Below are positions 37,196 through 47,077 of a stretch of DNA of 47,077 bases, piece after piece. Within the stretch, counting starts at the first letter, position 1. Each line of letters starts with the position of its first letter. The DNA comes from an uncultured Candidatus Cloacimonadota bacterium (GTDB taxonomy: Bacteria; Cloacimonadota; Cloacimonadia; Cloacimonadales; TCS61), in the NCBI GenBank assembly GCA_964419355.1, contig CAYQOZ010000002.1, positions 1 through 47,077 on the forward strand, read 5' to 3'. The notes under the pieces are model-generated. The model did not search any database and had not been told where the DNA came from. It saw only the letters and a program-made list of their open reading frames with translations. Both the position numbers and the translations under genes were made by a program.

Positions 37196-38899
37196 ATGCT
37201 GAAAAATCTACGAATAAAAAATTTCATCATTGTGAAAGAGTTGACCCTCAATTTCGAAAACGGTTTGCAAGTTCTCACTGGCGAAACTGGAGCCGGAAAA
37301 TCAATAATTGTTGGTGCAATCAACATCATTTTGGGTGGAGATTTTAGCAAAGGAATTCATTTTGATAAAGCACACAAAGTGGTTTTGGAAGCGACTTTTA
37401 CGATTGACGAACAAAATAAATTATTACATAAATTAATAAAAAAATATGATATTGATAAATCAGAAAATGAACTTTTTATTACCAAAGAAATTTCTCCCAA
37501 TTTCCGCAGTAAAATTTTCTTAAATGGACGACGAATTTCCATTCCAATTGTGGAAGAATTTAGAAGTGCTTTGATAGATTTTCATAGTCAGCGAGACCAA
37601 CAACAACTTTTTGATAATGATTATCAGTTAGAAATTTTAGACAGATTTGGAGATTTGTTTTCGCTCCGATTGCAATTTGAAAAGAAATATCTCGAACTGG
37701 AAATTAAAATCAAAGAGCTGAAAAAATTAGAGAAAAATGAAAAAGAAAACAGCGACAAAATCAAACTTTACAAATATCAAATTGAAGAAATTGAAAGCTT
37801 GAACTTGAAAATTGGGGAAGAGGAAAAGCTTCAATGTGAATTGGAACTGCTTTCCAACGCGGAAGAAATTCTTGAGCAAAGTTCCAAAATGGAATCGACA
37901 ATTTTTGAGAACGAAAATTCAGTTTATGATTCGATAAATGCCTTTGTAGCCAGTTTTTCACACTTTGAAGAGAACAACAAACATATCAAAAATGCAGTTT
38001 CATCTCTCAAAGATTCGCTGACAAATCTTAGCGATTCGGTAGAAGAAATTAGAGCTTTGCAAGGTGTTATTAATCTCGATTCTGCACGAAAAGAGATGCT
38101 TGCAGATCGCTTAAACGAGATAAACGAAATATCTCTAAAACATAAAAAAAATATTCCTCAAATTTTAGAATATCTTAAAAAAATTAAACAAGAAATTGCA
38201 AATTTTTCTTCAAAGCAGGAAAATATAAAAAATCTGATAAATGAAATTAAATCCAAAACCGAAAAACTAATTTTTGATGCTGAAATTTTGAGTCAAAAAC
38301 GAAAAGAAAAAGCTATAAAATTTCAAAAAGAAATTGAAAAAAATATAAAAGAATTATCTATTCCTGATGCAAAAGTGAAGATAAACTTTGACAAAAAAAG
38401 CGACTTTGCAGAATTGAAACCCAGTTTGGAAGACTTGCATAAATTTGGCAAAGATGCGATAGATATCTATTTTTCTGCCAATAAAGGAGTGCGATTACAA
38501 CCATTTAAAATAGTGGCATCGGGTGGAGAGTTATCAAGATTTTTATTGGTTATAAAAAAAATTCTCTCGAAAAAAATGGATAAAAAAACCATTATTTTTG
38601 ATGAGATAGATCAAGGAATTGGTGGCAAAACTTCTGAATTTTTAGCTGATTTCATTTATAAAGTGGGAGATTTTCACCAGGTTTTATGCATTAGTCATCT
38701 TCCGCAAATTGCGGCTTACGCAGATACTCATTTTGCAATTAGCAAAAGTAGTAATGACCAGAATGCAATGATCAAAGTTTCCAAGCTAAATAAAAAAAAT
38801 AGATGTGAAGAAATTGCCAGAATGCTTTCCGGCTCGCTTACGATGGCATCGCAATCTCACGCAGAAGAATTAATAAATAAAAAATTAAGGAGAAGATAG
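37196..38899 (+). CDS. recN: DNA repair protein RecN
   Basis: 567 aa SMC-like protein. Walker A GETGAGKSI, long coiled-coil, signature ASGGELSRFLL and Walker B IIFDEIDQGIGG. Confidence 0.93.
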   Translation: MLKNLRIKNFIIVKELTLNFENGLQVLTGETGAGKSIIVGAINIILGGDFSKGIHFDKAHKVVLEATFTIDEQNKLLHKLIKKYDIDKSENELFITKEISPNFRSKIFLNGRRISIPIVEEFRSALIDFHSQRDQQQLFDNDYQLEILDRFGDLFSLRLQFEKKYLELEIKIKELKKLEKNEKENSDKIKLYKYQIEEIESLNLKIGEEEKLQCELELLSNAEEILEQSSKMESTIFENENSVYDSINAFVASFSHFEENNKHIKNAVSSLKDSLTNLSDSVEEIRALQGVINLDSARKEMLADRLNEINEISLKHKKNIPQILEYLKKIKQEIANFSSKQENIKNLINEIKSKTEKLIFDAEILSQKRKEKAIKFQKEIEKNIKELSIPDAKVKINFDKKSDFAELKPSLEDLHKFGKDAIDIYFSANKGVRLQPFKIVASGGELSRFLLVIKKILSKKMDKKTIIFDEIDQGIGGKTSEFLADFIYKVGDFHQVLCISHLPQIAAYADTHFAISKSSNDQNAMIKVSKLNKKNRCEEIARMLSGSLTMASQSHAEELINKKLRRR

Positions 38900-39763
38900 A
38901 TGATAAGATTAAGAAATCAAACCAAAGTCGTTATTGTTTTATTCATTATTATTTTATCCGTTTATTTCGGAGTAAAAAAATCGAATATTATGAATAAATT
39001 TGAACGAAATAATAATATTGTTATTGCTGAAAGAGCACAAGAAATCTTTGATAATGCGGGTAATTTTTCAAAATGTGTTATGAAATTTCATGTAACCGAT
39101 TTTAATGAAGTTAACAAGAAGATTAGTGAAATCAAAGAATGTGGCAGAACTTTACATTTTGATACTTCTACAGATCATAATACTCTCGTCTTGGAAATTC
39201 CAAATCTAAAATATGATGAAGTCTTGGCTAAAATAAAGACAATTGATGGGTTAGTTGACGAAAATATGGTCAATAACTATAAGGAAAAGCGAATAACCAA
39301 TATTAAAGAAAAAATCCAAAATCAAAATATTGTAAAAAATAGAGTTAATGCTCTCATCAGCAAAAGTAACTTACCAGAAAGAGTAAAGCAATTTACAAAT
39401 CAATTGGAGAGAACTCAAATAAAAATTGATAGCTTGGAAAACCTATTCTCTGGACAAAAAGAAAATGAAGAGAATAGCATTATTATGATTTCGATGATTA
39501 TAAAAGCAAAGCAAAACGAAATAAAATTTCAGATAAAATCGTTCTTCCTTAATACTTTTTGTGTTCTCTTTATACTTACATTTATTTTCTTTATCTTTTA
39601 CTATTTTATGGTGCTGATGTTGAAATTAATGAAACTTGTTGGTATCAAAAGTGCTAAAGGTCAAGGTTCCTCCTATAACTATAATTATAGTTATGGCGGT
39701 AGAAGATATGAAAAACGAGTCAAAACTAAAAAGATTAAAAACGAAGAAAAAAAAGAGAATTAA
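38900..39763 (+). CDS. Membrane protein of unknown function (DUF4349-like architecture)
   Basis: N-terminal TM helix, alpha/beta region, coiled-coil, a C-terminal TM segment FFLNTFCVLFILTFIFFIFYYFMVLML and a basic tail. The family assignment is tentative. Confidence 0.45.
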   Translation: MIRLRNQTKVVIVLFIIILSVYFGVKKSNIMNKFERNNNIVIAERAQEIFDNAGNFSKCVMKFHVTDFNEVNKKISEIKECGRTLHFDTSTDHNTLVLEIPNLKYDEVLAKIKTIDGLVDENMVNNYKEKRITNIKEKIQNQNIVKNRVNALISKSNLPERVKQFTNQLERTQIKIDSLENLFSGQKENEENSIIMISMIIKAKQNEIKFQIKSFFLNTFCVLFILTFIFFIFYYFMVLMLKLMKLVGIKSAKGQGSSYNYNYSYGGRRYEKRVKTKKIKNEEKKEN

Positions 39764-39795
39764 ATGGTTTTGATATATTACAAAAATATTATAGC

Positions 39796-39825
39796 GGGGA
39801 ACTTTTTTGTTCCCCAAATTTTTAA
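39796..39825 (+). terminator. Rho-independent terminator ending the long plus-strand operon run
   Basis: GGGGAAC, loop TTTTTT, GTTCCCC (7-bp perfect stem), then AAATTTTT. Confidence 0.75.
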
Positions 39826-41124
<1,299 letters not shown>

Positions 41125-41170
41125 AAATTGGGCTGTCAAATTTTATTTGGAAATGTGCTGGAAAATTCAT

Positions 41171-42187
41171 TTATAAAATATTTCTGCATACCCACAATCC
41201 GCCTAAAAGATTTATGTTATTTTCGATGATGAGATAAACTGGAAATTGCTCTAATAATTGTTTGCGAATTAGACAGTTGTGCAATTCTTCCACAAAATCG
41301 CCTTTGATAATAAAATTTCTATTTAGTTTTGTGGAAACTCCGCTCAAATAAATTCCGCCGTAAGGTTGGAGATTGAGTGCTATCGCTTGCGTCAATCTGC
41401 CTGCACATTTATAGAAATATTCCAAAGCTTCTTCCGCAAATTTGTTTTTTCCAGCAACCGCTAATTCTGCAATTTCGGCGGCATCTTTTCCAGATTCCGA
41501 AATTCCTTCCAATTTGCAAATTGCAAGATAAGTATCTTCTAAACCCTTTCCAGAAACAAAATCTTCATAGTTAATAAATTTTCTGTTTGCTTTTTGGGAA
41601 TGAATTATCTCAATCAATTTTGCGTGACGCTTATCCAAAGGTGGAATTTGAATATGCTGAATTTCAGAAGATAAGACAAATTTCTCTTTGGAATCTGGTT
41701 TCATATCGATAATGCTGGCGGTGCCAAAACCAGTTCCTGGAGCAATGATAAGCTTATTACGAACTCGATTTTGTGATATTTTTTGGGGTTTATAAATAGC
41801 TTCACAATTAGTTGATGGAATCTCATTTTTTGCTTCAATATCCAAAAGACCATAACCAGCCAATTCCATATCATTAACCATCATAGTGCTATTTTTCGGC
41901 AACCCCCAACTAATCACATCTTTTAATGTAATAACGGGATTATTAACCCAATTTGTTATCTCCACCTGGCGATGTTCCCGAACTGCTCCCGCAAACCCGA
42001 TTACACATTTTGCAATATTGTTCTCATTTTTTAAGCTTGCTTTGACGAATTTTTTTAACTCTCTTTTGGAATTAATTCTCTTTTGGAATATTTCAGAAAT
42101 CGAAATTATTTTATCGTTAGCCAAAATTTCATAACTCAAGCGGGAATGAGTGCCACCAACATCGATTGCTACATTTATTTTTTTCAT
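41171..42187 (-). CDS. glk: Glucokinase-family sugar kinase
   Basis: 338 aa. N-terminal ATP-binding motif AIDVGGTHSRL and IAPGTGFG. No ROK Cys motif, so it looks Glk-type rather than ROK. Confidence 0.7.
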   Translation of the reverse strand: MKKINVAIDVGGTHSRLSYEILANDKIISISEIFQKRINSKRELKKFVKASLKNENNIAKCVIGFAGAVREHRQVEITNWVNNPVITLKDVISWGLPKNSTMMVNDMELAGYGLLDIEAKNEIPSTNCEAIYKPQKISQNRVRNKLIIAPGTGFGTASIIDMKPDSKEKFVLSSEIQHIQIPPLDKRHAKLIEIIHSQKANRKFINYEDFVSGKGLEDTYLAICKLEGISESGKDAAEIAELAVAGKNKFAEEALEYFYKCAGRLTQAIALNLQPYGGIYLSGVSTKLNRNFIIKGDFVEELHNCLIRKQLLEQFPVYLIIENNINLLGGLWVCRNIL

Positions 42188-42336
42188 GTTTGTTTAATTT
42201 TAATTTCCAATTTTTCAGTCAATAAAATAATTGTATTTTTACAAAAATAACCACTTTTTATGAAATTAATGAAAAAAATCTTGCCATCTATTCGAATGAA
42301 ATTTATTCAACGAACAAATCTAAAATAGGAGCTAAA
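42188..42336. promoter_or_regulatory. Divergent promoter region between glk and hutI
   Basis: 149-bp AT-rich gap between divergent start codons. No specific element was resolved. Confidence 0.3.
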
Positions 42337-43593
42337 ATGAAAGTAGATTTAATCATCAAAAATGCAAAAGAACTTCTCACTTTGAAGGGTTCCGCAAAAC
42401 CGCGAATTGGAAGCGAAATGGATGAATTAAGTATCATCAAAAATGGTGCAATTGCTATTTTTGATGGAAAAATTATAGCGCTGGATTTTACCAAAAATAT
42501 TTTGCAAAAATACGATTCAAATAAAATCATAGATGCTTCAAACAAAGTTGTGATGCCTGGTTTTGTCGATTCTCACACTCACCCAGTTTTTGCCAAAACA
42601 CGCGAAAGAGAATTTGAAATGCGCATCAAAGGCAAAAGTTATGTGGATATTTCGCAAAGTGGTGGTGGCATTCGATCAAGCATCAAATTTGTGCGGGAAG
42701 CTACTTTCGACCAGCTTTACGAAATCGCTTTGAAAAATGTGAAAAGAATTATCTCGAATGGAACCACAACTCTCGAAGTGAAAAGCGGTTACGGACTTTC
42801 CACCGAAAGTGAAATTAAGATGTTGAAAGTGATTCGTAAATTATCTGAAAATTTACCGATTGATATCGTGTCAACTTTTTTGGGAGCACACGAATTTCCT
42901 ACTGAATTTAAGGAAAATCGTGCCGAATACATTCGTATTTTGAAGGAAGAAATGCTTCCAAAAATTGCGGAATTAAAGTTAGCAGAATATTGTGATATAT
43001 TCACAGAAGCACATGTTTACACTATCGAGCAGTCGCGAGATATTTTACAAACTGCCAAAAAATTGGGTTTCAAATTACGAATGCACGCTGAAGAAATTGA
43101 GCCGATTGGTGGTGCGAAACTCGCCGCCGAAGTTGGTGCAATTTCCGCCGATCATTTGGGAGCTATCTCTGACGAAGGCATCGAAGCAATGCAAAAAAGT
43201 GGTGTAATTGCTACTCTTTTGCCCGGCACTATTTTCAGTTTGGGAATGAAATCTTATGCCCCGGCTCGCAAAATGATTTCCAAAAAATTGCCAGTTGCAT
43301 TAGCTACAGATTTTAATCCTGGAAGTTGCAATTGCGACAGCATGCAATTTGTGATAACACTTGCTTGTTTGCAGATGAAACTAACTGTTGCAGAAGCGAT
43401 TACGGCTTCCACCATTAATGGTGCACACGCACTTCAAATGGCAGAAAAATTGGGCAGTTTGGAAGCCGGAAAACAAGCAGATATCCTCATTTTGGAGATG
43501 CCATCTTACCGCTATTTACCTTACCATTTTGGCTCAAATAATGTGGAAACTGTTCTAAAAAATGGTAAAATTATTTGGGAAAATAAAATTTAA
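42337..43593 (+). CDS. hutI: Imidazolonepropionase
   Basis: 418 aa amidohydrolase. PGFVDSHTHPVFA, KSGYGL, RMHAEE, DHL and ATDFNPGS motifs are typical of HutI. Confidence 0.88.
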   Translation: MKVDLIIKNAKELLTLKGSAKPRIGSEMDELSIIKNGAIAIFDGKIIALDFTKNILQKYDSNKIIDASNKVVMPGFVDSHTHPVFAKTREREFEMRIKGKSYVDISQSGGGIRSSIKFVREATFDQLYEIALKNVKRIISNGTTTLEVKSGYGLSTESEIKMLKVIRKLSENLPIDIVSTFLGAHEFPTEFKENRAEYIRILKEEMLPKIAELKLAEYCDIFTEAHVYTIEQSRDILQTAKKLGFKLRMHAEEIEPIGGAKLAAEVGAISADHLGAISDEGIEAMQKSGVIATLLPGTIFSLGMKSYAPARKMISKKLPVALATDFNPGSCNCDSMQFVITLACLQMKLTVAEAITASTINGAHALQMAEKLGSLEAGKQADILILEMPSYRYLPYHFGSNNVETVLKNGKIIWENKI

Positions 43594-43845
43594 TTTGACA
43601 AAATGTTGAAGAAAATAAATTTGAAATATGCCTGAAATTTGATAAAATTAGTTTAATCTTTGCGTTTATTTCACTTAATCCTGAATTGAAAATGGTACCT
43701 TTTTTAAATTTCAATGGAGGTTTTTTATGAAAGAAAAACATTGCCATTCACCGTAAATCGAGGTTAAAATTAAGATTAAGAAAAAAATATTATTCCCGTA
43801 AAAATAAGAAAAAATCGTTAACAGAAAATTTAGAGGGGTTAAAAA

Positions 43846-44388
43846 ATGGAAAATGAAATGACTGTTGGAAAGTGGTTTGTAACTTATCTCATTATGTGCA
43901 TTCCCTTAGTAAATTTGATAATGCTCTTTGTTTGGGCATTTGGTGGTGGAGCTCCAATTTGCAAATCAAATTGGGCAAAAGTAGCATTAATTTGGATGGC
44001 GATAGCTTTTGTGCTTTACATTCTATTTGCGGTTCTTGCCGCTATCGCGGTTCCTATTTATATGCAATATGTGAAGCAGGCACGTGCAACTGAGGCTCAG
44101 AGTGCTATTGCTGCTATTCGCGGTGCATACAGAATTCAATATCAAACTTACGCATCAACAGAAGGTTACACTATCGAAGATGCAATGCAGACTGCAAAGC
44201 TTGGTAAAAGAACTGAAAAAAATTGGGAATTTGAAGTTGTGGGAGCTCCTCCTACAAAATACATTGCTACTTCAACTGCCGATTTTCCACAAGGCGAAGG
44301 GAAACAAGTTTGGTATGATGTAGATGATGCTGAATATCACGGATATGGCATTGACGAAGAACTTGACGAAGACGAAATTATTGAATAA
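43846..44388 (+). CDS. Chimeric membrane protein: 2-TM N-terminal module fused to a type-IV-pilin-like domain without a prepilin cleavage motif
   Basis: N-terminus KWFVTYLIMCIPLVNLIMLFVWAFGGG...NWAKVALIWMAIAFVLYILFAVL. It runs straight into LAAIAVPIYMQYVKQARATEAQSAIAAIRGAY, which mirrors the pilin alpha1 helix (ILAAIAIPxYxxYxxKAxxSEA). No G/FTLIE site is present. The C-terminus is acidic. Confidence 0.65.
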   Translation: MENEMTVGKWFVTYLIMCIPLVNLIMLFVWAFGGGAPICKSNWAKVALIWMAIAFVLYILFAVLAAIAVPIYMQYVKQARATEAQSAIAAIRGAYRIQYQTYASTEGYTIEDAMQTAKLGKRTEKNWEFEVVGAPPTKYIATSTADFPQGEGKQVWYDVDDAEYHGYGIDEELDEDEIIE

Positions 44389-44414
44389 TAGCAACTGTAA
44401 ACTTGGAGGATATT

Positions 44415-44534
44415 TTGACAATTAAAGAGTTGCTACAATTCACCACAGATGCGGGAGCTTCTGACCTTCATATTAGTGCTGGGTCGGTGCCAATGGTGCG
44501 TGTGCACGGTCAGATGAAAAATTTGTTATTATAA
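44415..44534 (+). pseudogene. pilT: Truncated pilT (twitching-motility/retraction ATPase), N-terminal 39 codons only
   Basis: GGAGG RBS and TTG start. (L/M)TIKELLQFTTDAGASDLHISAGSVPMVRVHGQMKNLLL then stop, closely parallel to the PilT N-terminus MDITELLAFSAKQGASDLHLSAGLPPMIRVDGDVRRI. No continuation in any frame. Confidence 0.75.
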
Positions 44535-44584
44535 GAGTTGGTGCAGCTTCAATGTTTTGATACAAAAGTTATTTAAAAAATTTA

Positions 44585-44609
44585 GGGGAGCATTCGCTTC
44601 CCTTTTTTT
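44585..44609 (+). terminator. Rho-independent terminator
   Basis: GGGGAGC, loop ATTC, GCTTCCC (7 bp including one G-U pair) followed by T7. Confidence 0.7.
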
Positions 44610-44711
44610 ATTTCAGATTTATCTACATCTATTTTTGTGTTCAAACATAAAAAAATTGACCGAAAAAGAATATATAAAAAATTCGAACCCGAAGGAGTTA
44701 GTAGAACGCTA

Positions 44712-45419
44712 ATGTCAAAAATAATAATAAATGAATTTATGAATACTCAAAAAAGTGGTTGCTTCGTTTGTGGTAAAAAACTCATCTACAAAAATGAAAA
44801 CATTATCTGTTTTTATTGTGGGAAAAGTTTTTTTGCTAATGCCAAATGCGTCGATGGACATTATGTTTGTGATAGTTGTCACACATCATCTGCAAACGAT
44901 TTTATTGAGAATTTTTGCATCACTTCCAATTCTAAAAATCCCATCGATTTAGCTATCTCAATTATGAAACATCATGCCGTTAAAATGCATGGACCGGAAC
45001 ATCATTTTTTGGTACCTGCTGTTTTGCTATCGGCATATTACAACGAAATTTGCAAATTCCAAGAAAAAGAATCAAAGATAAAAGAAGCCAGAAGAAGAGC
45101 AGAACAGATTTTAGGCGGATTTTGCGGTTCTCATGGAAATTGTGGTGCGGCAGTTGGCACGGGTATTTTTCTTAGTATTATCAAAGATAACACACCTTTG
45201 GCAAAAAACGAGTGGAAAGAATCAAATTTAATTACGGCAAAAAGTTTAACCATTATTGCTAAGCACGGCGGACCAAGATGTTGCAAGAGAAACACTTTTT
45301 TGGCAATTAATTCCGCAATAGAATGCTTTGATGGTATTTTTGAAAAAAATAAAAAAATTAACTGCGAATTTCATACTCTTAATAGAGAGTGTAAAAAAGC
45401 AGGTTGTTTATTTTTTTAA
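44712..45419 (+). CDS. Cysteine-rich protein of unknown function (N-terminal zinc-ribbon-like CxxC pairs plus a GNCGAAVGTG motif)
   Basis: CFVCG...CFYCG...CVDGHYVCDSCH, then MHGPEHHFLVPAVLL, FCGSHGNCGAAVGTGIF and GGPRCCKRN. The start is 44712 (ATG) or 44637 (GTG). Confidence 0.6.
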   Translation: MSKIIINEFMNTQKSGCFVCGKKLIYKNENIICFYCGKSFFANAKCVDGHYVCDSCHTSSANDFIENFCITSNSKNPIDLAISIMKHHAVKMHGPEHHFLVPAVLLSAYYNEICKFQEKESKIKEARRRAEQILGGFCGSHGNCGAAVGTGIFLSIIKDNTPLAKNEWKESNLITAKSLTIIAKHGGPRCCKRNTFLAINSAIECFDGIFEKNKKINCEFHTLNRECKKAGCLFF

Positions 45420-45457
45420 ACATAGAATTATCATATTTTTTAGTTTATTCAAAAATG

Positions 45458-45910
45458 TTATTTGATAATATCCTTCAAAATATTTTTTTCATCATTAGCG
45501 GCTTTTGTCATTATTTTTTCGATTTCTCCGCCAAACATTTTGCTCATCAATCCAATATTCATTCGTGAGACAAAAACATCACCGTTATCATCTTCATACA
45601 CCGCAATACGACAAGGCATAATACCAGAAATAAACCTGTTTTTTTCATCATCTAAAATTTTGGTTGATAATTCAGAATTACACAACGATAAAGTATTCAC
45701 CGTAATTAATTTTTCATTTGATTCGCCTAATTCGTAAATTTTGGGAACGCTCCATCCGTTTACTGAAGCACTTCTTTGGACAAGAACTACGGTTTCATCG
45801 AAAGTATAATTGCTTTCATTTATGCTCATCATTAACTTTGGCATAACCTTCCAAATAACAATACTCATCACAACCAATCCTAAAATAAATCCTAAAATAA
45901 TCTTTTTCAT
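45458..45910 (-). CDS. DUF302-like protein with an N-terminal membrane anchor
   Basis: 150 aa. TM helix IILGFILGLVVMSIVIW. IMPCRIAVYEDDNGDVFVSRMN matches the DUF302 core pattern. Confidence 0.6.
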   Translation of the reverse strand: MKKIILGFILGLVVMSIVIWKVMPKLMMSINESNYTFDETVVLVQRSASVNGWSVPKIYELGESNEKLITVNTLSLCNSELSTKILDDEKNRFISGIMPCRIAVYEDDNGDVFVSRMNIGLMSKMFGGEIEKIMTKAANDEKNILKDIIK

Positions 45911-46156
45911 AACTTCTCCTTAACTTTGGTATTTTGTACATTATTCATATTTGATTCCTTATGATGACCCGATTATAATATCAGACAGACAAGAAGGCTT
46001 TTCCCTGCATTTTTTTTAAATATTTCATAATTGAGTTTTTTATTTTTTACTTCCTGCAAGATGTGCCTAATGGCTCGCCAGCTTGCTGAATCGTAAAGTT
46101 CAGACAAAACAAACCACCCAGCCTACCCGCTGACACGTTTGTTATACCCAAAATCT

Positions 46157-46885
46157 TTATGGATTTACTGCTTTAAAAATAACTTCATACTCAGCTACAA
46201 TTTTTATTTCTCCAGAAAATACAGACTCAATTTGCCCAGTTTCATTTGTTGTAACTGAATTGAACGGATTCGGTTTATATTTTTTATAAGATCTTCTGAA
46301 ATTAAAATCTTGCGATATTTTTTGAGTTGTTAGCTGGTTAACTGAGTAAACGCCGTTTATGGAAATATTTAACTCTTTAGCTAATAATTCCGCTTTCTTT
46401 TTCGCTGCCTTTACAGCATTGAGCTGAACTTCTTGGAAGATTTCACTCTCATTTGAAAGCATAAAATCAATTGAAGAAATTTCTTTTATTTTACTGTTTG
46501 AAAGGGTAAATATTACTTTTTCTAGATTTGCTAAATCATTAACTTGAATCTCAGCATCAATAATCACTTTATATTTTTTTAACCCAAACAAAAATTTATA
46601 TCCTTCAGAGGATTTGAATTGAGAAGTTGAGATGTCTTTTTTTTTTAGCCCTAATTCTGTAAGTTTTTGCGTAACTACAGTTAGATTTTTTTTAGCTTTA
46701 TTTACCGAATTCTGTAATGATGTACTTTCGGCTTCGATTGAAAAATAGATTTTTACTTTATCAGCTTTGTTAATGCTGACTGATTTCCCCGTAACGGTAA
46801 TTGATGGAAAATTTCTGTCGTTTTCAAGTCCATAAATTAGCGATACCCAAATTACTGTTAAGATTATTATGATTGTCTTTTTCAT
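46157..46885 (-). CDS. SIMPL/DUF541-family periplasmic protein
   Basis: 242 aa with a signal peptide. ITVTGKSVSINKADKVKIYFSIEA...AVKAAKKKAELLAKELN fits the typical SIMPL pattern. AAGGAG RBS. Confidence 0.65.
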   Translation of the reverse strand: MKKTIIIILTVIWVSLIYGLENDRNFPSITVTGKSVSINKADKVKIYFSIEAESTSLQNSVNKAKKNLTVVTQKLTELGLKKKDISTSQFKSSEGYKFLFGLKKYKVIIDAEIQVNDLANLEKVIFTLSNSKIKEISSIDFMLSNESEIFQEVQLNAVKAAKKKAELLAKELNISINGVYSVNQLTTQKISQDFNFRRSYKKYKPNPFNSVTTNETGQIESVFSGEIKIVAEYEVIFKAVNP

Positions 46886-47033
46886 TTTAACTCCTTATTT
46901 ATTTCTAAAAAACCATAATGTCTGTATCCTCGAACAGGTTCGCGAATCTCTTTTTTATCTCTCATCCTCACCTTCCCATCAAACAGAATAATCTTTCTTT
47001 TCTTGTCAAATGTTATTTTGGTAAAAAACAAAA

Positions 47034-47061
47034 GCCCCACTCAATCGAGCGGGGCTTTTTT
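47034..47061. terminator. Bidirectional hairpin terminator, probably ending an off-window minus-strand gene
   Basis: GCCCC-A-CTC, loop AATC, GAG-C-GGGGC, flanked by an A-rich run upstream and T6 downstream. Confidence 0.7.
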
Positions 47062-47077
47062 GTTATTGAATTTTAAT

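Noticed and set aside
36880-37350. 156-aa minus-strand ORF spanning the nadK/recN junction, and similar antisense ORFs (for example 25171-25572 and 21019-21333)
   Set aside because: They are antisense to well-supported housekeeping genes and show no RBS or motif support.
43727-43756. 9-codon ORF (MKEKHCHSP) with a GGAGG RBS upstream of the pilin-like gene
   Set aside because: It is too short to evaluate. It may be a leader peptide, but there is no supporting structure or conservation evidence.
46050-46150. SRP (4.5S) RNA, tRNA, tmRNA or RNase P RNA in the GC-rich spacer island
   Set aside because: I could not find the conserved SRP domain IV motifs, a tRNA cloverleaf or T-loop, a tmRNA tag region or the RNase P GAGGAAAGUCC motif. 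It is kept only as an unclassified candidate in the findings.

Overview
AT-rich, gene-dense bacterial chromosomal segment with about 45 protein genes and no rRNA, tRNA, CRISPR array, transposase, integrase or recognisable defence gene. Two proteins carry type IX secretion (T9SS) C-terminal sorting domains ending in KKMILLK. By inference this points to an FCB-group or Cloacimonadota-like organism. Layout: (1) 1-722 is the 3' part of a T9SS cargo gene. (2) 766-12305 is a tightly packed 11-gene minus-strand cluster: comEC, dxr, an OM beta-barrel, pcrA/uvrD, three exported proteins of unknown function, a WecA/MraY-family transferase, lpxH-like and DUF4159-like genes. (3) 12424-15367 is a divergent LPS block: kdsA, kdsC, lptC-like, lptA/OstA-like. 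(4) 15403-18399 is a 3.0-kb cassette (small exported protein plus an LVIVD-like T9SS cargo) bracketed by 274-bp direct repeats. (5) 18772-39763 is a long plus-strand housekeeping run: rpmH-rnpA-yidD-yidC-jag, response regulator, HExxH protein, mazG, histidine kinase, nnr, mfd, DegT aminotransferase, etfB, lgt, yajC, def, fmt, rsgA, nadK, recN and a membrane protein. (6) Then eno, glk (minus strand) and hutI. (7) 43846-44534 holds a relatively GC-richer patch with an unusual pilin-like chimera and a 39-codon pilT stub. (8) The window ends with a Cys-rich protein and DUF302-like and SIMPL-like genes. Most of the window is ordinary core genome, and I do not see a convincing new multi-gene system. 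The best candidates for follow-up are the repeat-bracketed T9SS cargo cassette with its (TC)7-containing leader, the non-cleavable pilin-like fusion beside the pilT remnant, and the jag-like ORF that lacks an R3H domain and overlaps the next ORF at an A8 homopolymer. All family assignments come from motif recognition by eye, since no database search was possible.
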